Shown here in pieces: positions 1 through 9,317 of a DNA stretch of 33,061 bases. The translations under genes and the position numbers were made by a program. A model generated the notes under the pieces. The model was not told the DNA's origin and made no database searches. It was given only the letters and a program-made list of their open reading frames with translations. Source of the DNA: a virus (Duplodnaviria; Caudoviricetes); the IMG/VR virus record IMGVR_UViG_3300032315_000710, positions 1 to 33,061 of that record. The stretch is one strand, 5' to 3'. How positions within the stretch are numbered: the first letter of the stretch is position 1; each line of letters starts with the position of its first letter.

Positions 1-34
1 GGTACACGATGAACGCTACATACGGATAATAGTT

Positions 35-715
35 ATGGCTATTGCGTACAATGCTAATATAGTGACTTCCGGTCTCGTATTATGTTTGGATGCAGGTAAC
101 CCCCGCAGTTATCCTGGTACAGGTACATCTTGGAGAGATGTAGGCGGCACATATTCGCCCAGTACTTTAGTAAACAGCCCAACATATACATCAACTAGTC
201 CTGGCTTTTTCACATTTGATGGCGTAGATGACTATGGTACATTGCAAAACACTACATTAGGCAACGGTAACTTAGCTTGGACTTGTAGCGCCTGGGTTAG
301 AACCACAACAACAGTAAATGCTTTGGGGTTAGGCTCAGTACTGTCGAATGCTAGCGGCGGCCCGGTGTATTCGATGATGGGTGTAAATAATGGTAAAATT
401 GTTTATTGGACTTATCAAAATAGTGCTTGGGCTCAAAAGTTAGGTGTTGCTACCGTAAATGATAATATCTGGCACATGCTGACATGGGTTAACTATGCCA
501 ATACTACTATGGATATGTATGTAGACGGAGTGCTGGATAGTAATGTCGCAAACTCTACATCAGGAAACAATAATCCAATTGATAGATTAGGCGGGTCTTG
601 GTCTGGTTCTTTTTCGGGAGCAATTTCTCAAATTCTAATTTACCAATCAGTTTCGTTGTCTGCGGCGCAGATACTACAGAATTATAATGCTGCAAGAGGG
701 AGATATGGCAGGTGA
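35..715 (+). CDS. LamG/concanavalin A-like lectin domain protein (probable virion-attached adhesin), array member 1
   Basis: N-terminal IVTSGLVLCLDAGNPRSYPG, W-x-x-x-x-W / WHMLT / YVDG beta-sandwich pattern, C-terminal QILQNYNAARGRYG shared with downstream paralogs. Confidence 0.8.
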   Translation: MAIAYNANIVTSGLVLCLDAGNPRSYPGTGTSWRDVGGTYSPSTLVNSPTYTSTSPGFFTFDGVDDYGTLQNTTLGNGNLAWTCSAWVRTTTTVNALGLGSVLSNASGGPVYSMMGVNNGKIVYWTYQNSAWAQKLGVATVNDNIWHMLTWVNYANTTMDMYVDGVLDSNVANSTSGNNNPIDRLGGSWSGSFSGAISQILIYQSVSLSAAQILQNYNAARGRYGR

Positions 716-1386
716 GTGTTTCATATAACTCCTCAATTGTAACTAATGGGTTAGTATTATGTCTAGATGCAGGTAATCCCCGCAGTTATCCGGGCACAGG
801 TACTAATTGGTTTGATGTTAGTGGAAATAATAATACTGGTGCATTGATAAACGGCCCAACATATACTAGTGGAGTTAACGGATATTTTACTTTTGATGGG
901 GTAAACGATGAAGTAAGAACCTCGTTATTTAGTAATGCTCGTACTAATGTTACTATGAGCGGGTGGTTTTATGTGAATTTAGGAACAGTAGGCACGTTTC
1001 TAAGTAACGGTGATGATCCAGCCGGATACTGTATAGGAATAGGTGAGTATTTTAGTACTGCTGATAATCAAGTAACTGCATTGTTTGGCTATATCAGATG
1101 GATATTGACTGGTGTGTACTATCAATATACCGGATGGCATATGGTAACTATGACATTAAATAATGATGGGACACCGTCAATATATATTAACGGCAATTTA
1201 GTAGGAACTTATCCCGGAACAATATCTAATATACCGACTGTTGGTACAGGTTTTTCTGTAGGTTCTCAGTGGGGAATTCGTTACGCTAATACTAGGTCGG
1301 GTAATGTTAATTTTTATAACCGAGCATTAACCGCAGCAGAAATAACACAAAACTTTAACGCATTACGAGGGAGATATGGAATATGA
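712..1386 (+). CDS. LamG-like lectin protein, array member 2
   Basis: Same terminal motifs; GTG start overlaps upstream TGA (GTGA). Confidence 0.8.
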   Translation: MSVSYNSSIVTNGLVLCLDAGNPRSYPGTGTNWFDVSGNNNTGALINGPTYTSGVNGYFTFDGVNDEVRTSLFSNARTNVTMSGWFYVNLGTVGTFLSNGDDPAGYCIGIGEYFSTADNQVTALFGYIRWILTGVYYQYTGWHMVTMTLNNDGTPSIYINGNLVGTYPGTISNIPTVGTGFSVGSQWGIRYANTRSGNVNFYNRALTAAEITQNFNALRGRYGI

Positions 1387-1652
1387 GTTTAACAGCAGAT
1401 AACGGTCTAACATACGTTACGCTTGATTTGAGCGAAGCGTCATCATTGGACTTTGAACAGATAGAACAAACATCAATTGATACACTTCGTATCAGTGTAG
1501 ATGGAACTGAAACAATTGTCAAGTGGATAACTGCAAACGGTGTTCCTAGCTCAGTGGCAGCACTAACTACTAAAGGCCCGTACATGACGCACGATGAAGC
1601 ATTAGAACTAATGGCTACTGAAGCGTGGACTATTGATCTTCCTTTGGTATAA
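1383..1652 (+). CDS. Small acidic hypothetical protein accompanying LamG genes
   Basis: 89-aa ORF, ATGA overlap with upstream gene. Confidence 0.65.
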   Translation: MSLTADNGLTYVTLDLSEASSLDFEQIEQTSIDTLRISVDGTETIVKWITANGVPSSVAALTTKGPYMTHDEALELMATEAWTIDLPLV

Positions 1653-1655
1653 GCA

Positions 1656-2324
1656 ATGGCACTCGCACATTCCCCTTCTATTGTAACTAGCGGATTAATT
1701 TTTTGCGTAGATGCAGGGAATCCAAGATCATATTCCGGTAGTGGAACAACTTGGGGCGACATCAGTGGCAACGGTTTTGACAGCACATTAACTAACGGAC
1801 CTGTGTATACTTCGGGAGTGAATGGATATTTTACTTTTGATGGAGTTGACGACTTTTCTTCGGTTCCTATTAACTCAGCTTTCAATACACCCAGTGTTAC
1901 TTTCGAAGTTTGGGCATATCTACAAACGATAAGTGACAGGCATATTTTATATGTTAACTGGCAGGGCAACGCACTTGAGGTAAACAGTGATCGAAGTGTT
2001 GTAATGTATAATTTTAGCAGCCAAGGGCAACAAGGCGCAGGGTCCTCCGCCGGAGCAATTAATTGGGATACCTGGAATCATTTCGTTGGCGTTTATGACG
2101 ACGGCGCGCAAGCGTTATACATTTATGTGAACGGCTCGCTATTGGGAACAAGAACCTCGACTCCCTCAACTATATACGGCGTAGGTACCCACTTGATTTC
2201 GGGAGTTGCCTTTGGGGGAGAAGTAAAAGGAAGGATATCCGTTGTCAGACATTACAATACTGCATTGTCTGGGACTCAGATTTTACAAAACTTCAACGCC
2301 CTCAGAGGGAGATACGGAATATGA
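1656..2324 (+). CDS. LamG-like lectin protein, array member 3
   Basis: MALAHSPSIVTSGLIFCVDAGNPRSY...QILQNFNALRGRYGI; WNHFVGVYD and IYVNG motifs. Confidence 0.8.
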   Translation: MALAHSPSIVTSGLIFCVDAGNPRSYSGSGTTWGDISGNGFDSTLTNGPVYTSGVNGYFTFDGVDDFSSVPINSAFNTPSVTFEVWAYLQTISDRHILYVNWQGNALEVNSDRSVVMYNFSSQGQQGAGSSAGAINWDTWNHFVGVYDDGAQALYIYVNGSLLGTRTSTPSTIYGVGTHLISGVAFGGEVKGRISVVRHYNTALSGTQILQNFNALRGRYGI

Positions 2325-2935
2325 GTGTAGGATATAACCCTTCTATTGTAACTAACGGGTTGATTCTCTGTTTAGACGCGGCTAATCCAAGAAGCTATCC
2401 TGGTTCCGGGTCTAATTTTTTCGATGTTAGTGGTAATGGAAATCACCACACCTTGGTTAACTCCCCCACATTCAGTAACGGAAGATTTACGTTGAACGGT
2501 GTAAACCAAGGATTCAGTAGACTATCTTCAATGAACGGAGTTACCAACGCATGTACAGTAGTTGTTTGGTATGCGTCTTCTGACACTACTGAACTTTGGG
2601 TTAAGGGAAGCCAAAGCAATAGTTATTATTTGTCGGCGTCATACGGAAACGATTATTATCATAGTAATTGCGGCACTCCAACTAATTATGTAGACTTAGC
2701 GTTAACTATCAATCCATCTACGCCCATTAACTATAGAAATGGTGTGTTTCGTATGTGGGAAGCAAAGAATGTAGACTTCGTAACTGCATTCTGGAGTGCA
2801 TATGAATGGTATTTGTACCCAGAACCTTGGCCACTTTTAGGTGATGCATCTGTTGTTATGATTTACAATAGAGTATTAACTGCCGCAGAATCAGCACAGA
2901 ACTACGCCGCCTATAGGGGGAGGTACGGCGTGTGA
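2321..2935 (+). CDS. LamG-like lectin protein (divergent core), array member 4
   Basis: Conserved terminal motifs with a divergent middle. Confidence 0.7.
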   Translation: MSVGYNPSIVTNGLILCLDAANPRSYPGSGSNFFDVSGNGNHHTLVNSPTFSNGRFTLNGVNQGFSRLSSMNGVTNACTVVVWYASSDTTELWVKGSQSNSYYLSASYGNDYYHSNCGTPTNYVDLALTINPSTPINYRNGVFRMWEAKNVDFVTAFWSAYEWYLYPEPWPLLGDASVVMIYNRVLTAAESAQNYAAYRGRYGV

Positions 2936-4176
2936 GCTTAGCACATTCCCCTTCTATTGTAACTAGTGGATTACTACTTGCGTATGATATGAGCAATCCA
3001 GGTCGCTCTTGGAAGGGGGCACCAACCACAAACTTAGTTGACCAAACAATAGGTATTTACAACAATGTGCCCGGAGATGTATCAGTAACATTAGAAGCAA
3101 CTTCAGAACGGTATTTGGGTGCAGTCGTTTATAAAGAAACTATTACTCCGTTAACAGCAACCGGAGTAGGTTATCTAACTAACGGCAACAATCCGGGTAT
3201 TGGAATAGTATATAATGGTGGCGGTGGCCTAGCAAACCAATATACCGGTCATGCTGTTTTTTATCGTCCTGAAGGTCCTGTGTTCTCTACTCCGCTGTAT
3301 TCAAATTATTCAAACATTCCTGGTTACGGCGCCGGCTCGTTGGGCTCCAATAGATCAGTATCGCAAGGTGATGGCTGGTTTCGCGGAGAAGTAATATGGT
3401 TTGATACTGTCACTAGAACAGACGGTAAATACTGGGCAATAAACCCAGCCGGTGCAGCAGTAAACGTTCCTATTATTATTTATTGGGCGGGTCCTTTTAA
3501 AGAAGATCGTAACTCTAGCAATCTAGTCTCGCCGTATGTTATCGGTACACGAGCAAATACGCAATCGCTGCTAGATTTAACAAATACAACCGTGTTAACT
3601 ACAAACAACTTAACTTATAATAGTGATAATACTTTTAATTTTGCCGGGGACAATGACACAAGTACAGTCACTGTCCCGCTATCAACTGCATTTAATAAGA
3701 TTACCGGTACTATTGGTATGTGGGTAAATCCTACTAGCTATTCTGGTTCAAATGGTTTATTTGTAAACAGAGATAATAACACCGCTAATGCGACCGATTG
3801 GTTTTGGATTGGATCTTGGGATAGCGCGAATACTTTTTACTTTAGATTAGGCGATGGGTCAGCTTGTTGCAATAATGATTTGAACGTGAGCAACTGGGCA
3901 TCAGTTTGCCCAGTTAACACTTGGACATACGTCACTTGTTCATGGCTATCAGGCGGCGAATCTCGTATATACACTAATGGAGTTTTACAAACATATAGGA
4001 GTATATCCTCAATTCCAGCAACTAACCCAACTTCTACTGGACGGATAGGGCTAGGGCACAACGGTCCCGGAAGCTGGAACGGCAAGATAAGTGCCACTCA
4101 GATATACAATAGGCAATTGTCTGAAGCTGAAATTATTCAAAACTTTAATGCTTATCGAGGGAGATACGGAATCTAA
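2932..4176 (+). CDS. LamG-like lectin protein with ~190-aa inserted domain, array member 5
   Basis: N-motif GLLLAYDMSN..S.KGAPTTN, then an insert, then a LamG domain ending IIQNFNAYRGRYGI. Confidence 0.75.
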   Translation: MSLAHSPSIVTSGLLLAYDMSNPGRSWKGAPTTNLVDQTIGIYNNVPGDVSVTLEATSERYLGAVVYKETITPLTATGVGYLTNGNNPGIGIVYNGGGGLANQYTGHAVFYRPEGPVFSTPLYSNYSNIPGYGAGSLGSNRSVSQGDGWFRGEVIWFDTVTRTDGKYWAINPAGAAVNVPIIIYWAGPFKEDRNSSNLVSPYVIGTRANTQSLLDLTNTTVLTTNNLTYNSDNTFNFAGDNDTSTVTVPLSTAFNKITGTIGMWVNPTSYSGSNGLFVNRDNNTANATDWFWIGSWDSANTFYFRLGDGSACCNNDLNVSNWASVCPVNTWTYVTCSWLSGGESRIYTNGVLQTYRSISSIPATNPTSTGRIGLGHNGPGSWNGKISATQIYNRQLSEAEIIQNFNAYRGRYGI

Positions 4177-4886
4177 TGGCCCTGGCACATTCCCCTTCTA
4201 TTGTAACTAATGGGTTGATTCTTTGCTTAGATGCAGGCAATCCAAGAAGCTATCCGGGTTCCGGCACGACCTGCAATGATGTTAGCGGTAGAGGAAATAA
4301 CGGAACACTAGTTAACGGTGTTAGCTTTAGCAGTAGTAATATGGGGACATTCGTGTTTGATGGAGTAGATGACTATATCAACGTGAGTAACCCGGCGAGC
4401 TTAAATCCAGGCGCAAACAGTTTTACAATAGACAGTTGGGTTTACCAAAAAGATAACGGATTTAATGGCATAGTAGATGCAAGAGGTGCCGGCTTACATG
4501 GATTCTTGTGGATATTAAACTATACTTCAGCTGGGTACATATCTTTTTTCTTAAATACGACTAATGACGTTGATCAAAATGTTTATGTATCAACTGTTGC
4601 AACATTCACTGACGTACTTGCTTGGATGAACATTAGCGTTGTCGTTGATAGAGGTATAAATAATATAACTTTTTATAAAAATGGTATACAGCAAGGCGCC
4701 AGCGTCACTATAACTTCAGGGGGAACGGTTGATCCTGGTTCTGGATATATTTACTATGTGGGCGGCGATTTGGGGGGTCCCGAAGCCAATATTAATTTAT
4801 CGGCTATTAAACAATACAACCGTGCCCTTTCAGCACAAGAAATATTGCAGAACTTTAATGCTTATCGAGGGAGATATGGAATATGA
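4176..4886 (+). CDS. LamG-like lectin protein, array member 6
   Basis: Conserved terminal motifs; TAATG overlap. Confidence 0.8.
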   Translation: MALAHSPSIVTNGLILCLDAGNPRSYPGSGTTCNDVSGRGNNGTLVNGVSFSSSNMGTFVFDGVDDYINVSNPASLNPGANSFTIDSWVYQKDNGFNGIVDARGAGLHGFLWILNYTSAGYISFFLNTTNDVDQNVYVSTVATFTDVLAWMNISVVVDRGINNITFYKNGIQQGASVTITSGGTVDPGSGYIYYVGGDLGGPEANINLSAIKQYNRALSAQEILQNFNAYRGRYGI

Positions 4887-5242
4887 CACACTTTGCTAGA
4901 GTGCAAAATGGAATAGTGACAGAAGTTATCGTCATTGAGCAAGATATGATTGACACTGGCTTGTGGGGACCTCCGCAAGAGTGGATTCAGACTAGCTATA
5001 ATACCCACGCCGGAGTTCATACCCAAGGCGGAATGCCATTACGAAAGAACTACGCTGGTGTTGGCTACACGTATGATACAGAGTTAGATGCTTTTATTCC
5101 TCCAAAACCATTTAATAGTTGGGTACTTGATGAAGATAGGTGTCAATGGAAGGCTCCGGTAGAATGTCCACAAGACGGCAACGTCTATTCATGGAATGAA
5201 GTAAGTCAAGCGTGGGAAATATCCAACGCTGCACCTTTGTAG
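4883..5242 (+). CDS. Hypothetical phage protein, possible tail-fibre assembly/accessory factor
   Basis: MTHFA...WIQTSYNT...RKNYAGVGYTYD...DAFIPPKPF pattern, recalled as typical of genes beside glycine-rich phage fibres. Confidence 0.6.
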   Translation: MTHFARVQNGIVTEVIVIEQDMIDTGLWGPPQEWIQTSYNTHAGVHTQGGMPLRKNYAGVGYTYDTELDAFIPPKPFNSWVLDEDRCQWKAPVECPQDGNVYSWNEVSQAWEISNAAPL

Positions 5243-5253
5243 GGAGAACAACA

Positions 5254-7479
5254 ATGGCAGTCTCCTCTGGACCAAGTATTGCATCGCCCACTGATACCGT
5301 ATGTGTTTTTGCAACCTCAGGAGTCTTTACTCCTTCCTTTACAGGCACGATTGAAATTCTCGTAGTCGCTGGCGGCGGCGGGGGCGGCTCCGATATGGGC
5401 GGAGGCGGCGGCGCAGGTGGCGTCATTAGTAGTAGAAGTGTATCTGTAACTGCAAACTCACCTGTCACAGTTACAGTTGGTGCAGGTGGTACAGGAGCGC
5501 CTGCTGGTCAAGGCGGACACGCAACTACAAAAGGAACAAATGGCGGAAATAGTGTATTCGGTGGTAATACCGCCATCGGCGGCGGCGCGGCCGGAACATC
5601 ATACTACACGTTTGGCAACAGTTTTGGAAATAGCGGTGGTTCCGGTGGAGGTGGTTCCGGTTATAATAACGGCGTAACGCCTGCGTTGTCTACCGGGACA
5701 GGCTTCGGGGCATCTGGTACCGGTACTGCTGGTCAAGGAAATCGCGGCGGTTGGGGGAACAGTGCTTATTATAGCGGCGGTGGTGGTGGAGCAGGTGGAG
5801 CAGGTGCAGACGGGAATAATACACCTAACGGCGGCCCCGGCGTGTTAAATGGAATACTCAATCGAAATCTTTATTGGGGAGGAGGCGGCGGCGGCGCTGC
5901 ATATACCCTAGCAAACGGAGGTAACGGTGGCATCGGTGGAGGCGGAGGCGGAGCAGTCGGTGTCACTACCGGAGGCACCGGGTATAACAATGGTTCTCCT
6001 GGTGGAGGAGGCGCTCCGGGCTCACAGACAAACACCCCCGGCGGGAATGGCGGCCAAAATACCGGCGGCGGTGGAGGCGGCGGCTCCCACTACAATTTTA
6101 CAAATCAGGGAGGAGATGGCGGTTCTGGTATCGTAATCGTGAGATACAATTCTTCTTTGGGTTCAAGCACAGGCGGCGCCGTCCTCTCGTTAGGAAACAT
6201 GGCATTGTGCTTAGACGCTACCAACCCACTGTCAAATGTGGGTAATCGTTCAATTATTAATTGGAATAGTTGGACAGTTGGATCCGGTAGTGTTGATGGT
6301 TATGGCCAAGTCGGCCAGCAGGCAGAAAATGAAAGAGTAGTCGCAACTAACCCATGGGGTAATAATGCAGTAGTGTGGGAGGCAAGACCGCTGGGACAAA
6401 CTGATGATGACGGCGGTTGGGTTACGTCTTCTTTCAATATTGATAACACCCAATTATATCGCTACTCGGTATGGGTGCGCCGTACTTCAAGCACATCAGG
6501 TGGTACTTTTTATCTAGGAACGGGAGGCAACGGAGATGGCGTTCGCAGAATAAACGACGGTGTAGTAGAAAGCAACCCGTACTGGGAGTGTAGCAATACA
6601 GGGTTTTTGGCACAGAATACTTGGTACTTGTTTGTAGGTCATATATACCCGGCTAATACTACTTTCACTGGTAGAAATCCTACTACAGGATACTATACCA
6701 TTAACGGTAGAGCAGGGAACATAAGTGGCTGCAATGTCGGAAATGATCTAAAGTGGAGCAACAACTCAACTACTAGCATACATCGAACATTTTTGTACTA
6801 CTGTCCTGATAACACCACACGATTACAATTCTATCAACCTCGTGTAGATTTATGTGATGGCACAGAACCCAGTATTGAAGAATTACTCAATAACGCAGGC
6901 AATACGTGGTACGACGTAAGTGGTAATAATAACAACTGCACATTCGTAGATTTGCCTTCTACTAACACAGGATTCTACACCTTCAATGGTACCAGCAATT
7001 ATGGCACGGTGATTAACAATGGTACTTTGAATTTTTCATCAGCACAAACGTTACAGATGGTACTGAGACACACCTATACTGTAGGCAGAAGAAACCCTTG
7101 GGACCAAGCATACGGTGGCTACGGTACATGGACTCATGAACAGGGCGAGAACATCACCCAATTCTACGGAAATTCGGGCGTCAACGATAATCCTTATGTA
7201 GGAGTATCTAGTGCTACTACTCCTAGAAGTGTCTGGAATGTTTTATGTGCAGTGAGAAGTACTAGCGAATTTAAGTGGTACTTAAACGGAGTGTTAAGTA
7301 ATACTACCGCGAATCCATACGGTATATTAGCTAACACAGCAGCTAATATCAACATCGGATATGGTTATGCAGGATTTTGGCAAGGTGATATGGCTATGGT
7401 TACTGCATATACTAGGGCACTAACCGATGCCGAAGTAGCACAAAACTTCAATGCTATCCGCGGTAGATTTGGGTTATGA
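5254..7479 (+). CDS. Glycine-rich repeat + LamG fusion protein (fibre-like), array member 7
   Basis: Likely start ATG 5254 after GGAG SD; VVAGGGGGG...GGDGGSGIVIVRY glycine-rich domain, a second insert and a C-terminal LamG ending NFNAIRGRFGL. Confidence 0.8.
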   Translation: MAVSSGPSIASPTDTVCVFATSGVFTPSFTGTIEILVVAGGGGGGSDMGGGGGAGGVISSRSVSVTANSPVTVTVGAGGTGAPAGQGGHATTKGTNGGNSVFGGNTAIGGGAAGTSYYTFGNSFGNSGGSGGGGSGYNNGVTPALSTGTGFGASGTGTAGQGNRGGWGNSAYYSGGGGGAGGAGADGNNTPNGGPGVLNGILNRNLYWGGGGGGAAYTLANGGNGGIGGGGGGAVGVTTGGTGYNNGSPGGGGAPGSQTNTPGGNGGQNTGGGGGGGSHYNFTNQGGDGGSGIVIVRYNSSLGSSTGGAVLSLGNMALCLDATNPLSNVGNRSIINWNSWTVGSGSVDGYGQVGQQAENERVVATNPWGNNAVVWEARPLGQTDDDGGWVTSSFNIDNTQLYRYSVWVRRTSSTSGGTFYLGTGGNGDGVRRINDGVVESNPYWECSNTGFLAQNTWYLFVGHIYPANTTFTGRNPTTGYYTINGRAGNISGCNVGNDLKWSNNSTTSIHRTFLYYCPDNTTRLQFYQPRVDLCDGTEPSIEELLNNAGNTWYDVSGNNNNCTFVDLPSTNTGFYTFNGTSNYGTVINNGTLNFSSAQTLQMVLRHTYTVGRRNPWDQAYGGYGTWTHEQGENITQFYGNSGVNDNPYVGVSSATTPRSVWNVLCAVRSTSEFKWYLNGVLSNTTANPYGILANTAANINIGYGYAGFWQGDMAMVTAYTRALTDAEVAQNFNAIRGRFGL

Positions 7480-8690
7480 GTGTAGCATCCGGACCTAAAA
7501 TAACTACAGACGGGTTGATATTTTTGTATGATATGGACAATATTCAATCGTTTATAGGCGCGGTGGCAACCAATCAGTTTGCTATTCCTACTCCTGACGG
7601 TAGCAATAATGTTACCTTTGAAGTGCAAGGTACGGGGACATTTCAGCGATTGTATTCAGGAACGTTTGATAACTATAGCATCACTAATAATGATGTAGTA
7701 TATAGGTACGATCTAGTCGCTGCGGCCGGCTGCTATTATCACGGAAATGACGTTGCTATTACTTCGGGTCAGTGGGCAACATTTACATTTGATTATTATA
7801 TTTCTCCAGGGGCAGGCGGGTATCCCGTAACTAATTATCTTGCTAACTTTGAGGGAGTGGTAAGCGGCTCAGCATCCGATCCTACCCCATCTATTATGGG
7901 TGTTTGGAAAACAGCTACGTTCACCTCACAAGCTAGTTCTACTGGACTTTGCAGAATGCTATTATATCCAGGCGCATGTAATGGTACTAGTTTGGCTACG
8001 AGTGGATTTATTTTGTATAGAAACCCGCAGGTTATAATCGGTTCGTCTAGCAACACTACTGCACCGTTTACGGGGCCATTTGGAGCAAGAAGCTCTACTC
8101 AAGCTTTGCAAGACGTAACGGAAATCAACTCTATAACAATTAACTCATTAACTTATAATTCAACTGGAACCGCATTTAGTTTTAATGGGTCAACTAACTT
8201 TTTTATGTCCCCGACTCTACAAACATTTGGCAATAATACGACTTGGGAAGCATGGGTAAATTGTGAACAAGATATCAGTAGTTTCAATATGTTTATGGGC
8301 AGGTATTTGCCTTACTTTAGTTTTTACGCAGGAAATAGTTTGTATTTTTCAAATTATGTGAATGGTGTACAGCAAAGCATCCACGCTACTTCACCTACCT
8401 TATCATTAAATACGTGGTATTTGGCAACATTCACTACCTCGTTTGACGGCACGAACACTACTATGAAAATATTTACTAATGGCACCGAGACAGCAACTGG
8501 AACTTTTTCAGGTGCTCAGAACAACTTTGCCGGTGTTAACTTTATGGTAGGCGATGGCAATAACGGCAGCAATGCTAGTTGGTATCCTTTTAAAGGAACA
8601 GTGGACAGCGTAAAAGTATATAACAGAACACTATCCGCAGGCGAGATACTACAAAACTTTAATGCAGCAAGAGGAAGATATGGAGTATGA
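7476..8690 (+). CDS. LamG-like lectin protein with inserted domain, array member 8
   Basis: GLIFLYDMDN..S..GAVATN start like member 5; ends EILQNFNAARGRYGV. Confidence 0.75.
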   Translation: MSVASGPKITTDGLIFLYDMDNIQSFIGAVATNQFAIPTPDGSNNVTFEVQGTGTFQRLYSGTFDNYSITNNDVVYRYDLVAAAGCYYHGNDVAITSGQWATFTFDYYISPGAGGYPVTNYLANFEGVVSGSASDPTPSIMGVWKTATFTSQASSTGLCRMLLYPGACNGTSLATSGFILYRNPQVIIGSSSNTTAPFTGPFGARSSTQALQDVTEINSITINSLTYNSTGTAFSFNGSTNFFMSPTLQTFGNNTTWEAWVNCEQDISSFNMFMGRYLPYFSFYAGNSLYFSNYVNGVQQSIHATSPTLSLNTWYLATFTTSFDGTNTTMKIFTNGTETATGTFSGAQNNFAGVNFMVGDGNNGSNASWYPFKGTVDSVKVYNRTLSAGEILQNFNAARGRYGV

Positions 8691-8860
8691 CAACGTTAAG
8701 AAACAACATCGATCCTGAAACCCAACAAATCAGAATATCATTCTGTACAGTATGCGAAGAAAACATAGAACTACCCTATCCAAAATGTAGACTTAATGAT
8801 ATTCCGCTTTCAGTACAAACCTCAGAAGAACAAGAAACCTGCCCGCTCAACAAGTGGTGA
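8687..8860 (+). CDS. 57-aa Cys-rich protein (CxxC...C...CPxxKW), absent from the ORF track
   Basis: MTTLRNNIDPETQQIRISFCTVCEENIELPYPKCRLNDIPLSVQTSEEQETCPLNKW; ATGA-coupled; resembles ORF 20839-21069. Confidence 0.7.
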   Translation: MTTLRNNIDPETQQIRISFCTVCEENIELPYPKCRLNDIPLSVQTSEEQETCPLNKW

Positions 8861-8870
8861 TAAGTACATT

Positions 8871-9317
8871 GTGATTAACATATTCCTATTAGACTACTAT
8901 GCTCGTCTTCGGGCCTGGCATGACCTCAAAGAATCCTTGAAGAATGCTGACCTTCAAACGATATGTGTTGAGGTCGATAAGTTTTGGCAAAGATGCCCAA
9001 TGAGCAATCACTATCTGCATCCGGCAGACATAGAAGATTGGCCTGACCCATGGATCTTATTGAACGATAACAACTATTGCTATTACGGTCGTGCTTTGGG
9101 TATGCTGTATACGCTGATTTTATTGGGCGTAAAAGACATTGACTTTGTTGACGCAATAGACGATAATGCAAATGAAGTTGTATTAGTCTTGGTTGACAAC
9201 GCAAAATATGTAATGAATTGGTGCCCGGATTCGGTATTAAATACTGATCTAACCCAATTCAAAATCGGACAGCGTCTTGACACAGACTCGTTAATAAAGA
9301 AATTAGGCAAACCATGA
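8871..9317 (+). CDS. Hypothetical protein upstream of nrdA
   Basis: Likely GTG start at 8871 (the track's 8796 start overlaps the previous ORF); stop overlaps nrdA ATG. Confidence 0.65.
   Translation: MINIFLLDYYARLRAWHDLKESLKNADLQTICVEVDKFWQRCPMSNHYLHPADIEDWPDPWILLNDNNYCYYGRALGMLYTLILLGVKDIDFVDAIDDNANEVVLVLVDNAKYVMNWCPDSVLNTDLTQFKIGQRLDTDSLIKKLGKP

Noticed and set aside
5371-6130. GGC/GGT-rich DNA repeats
   Set aside because: Explained by glycine-rich protein coding
35-8690. Diversity-generating retroelement acting on the lectin genes
   Set aside because: No reverse transcriptase and no TR/VR pair differing only at adenines seen in the window; the repeats are short junction homologies
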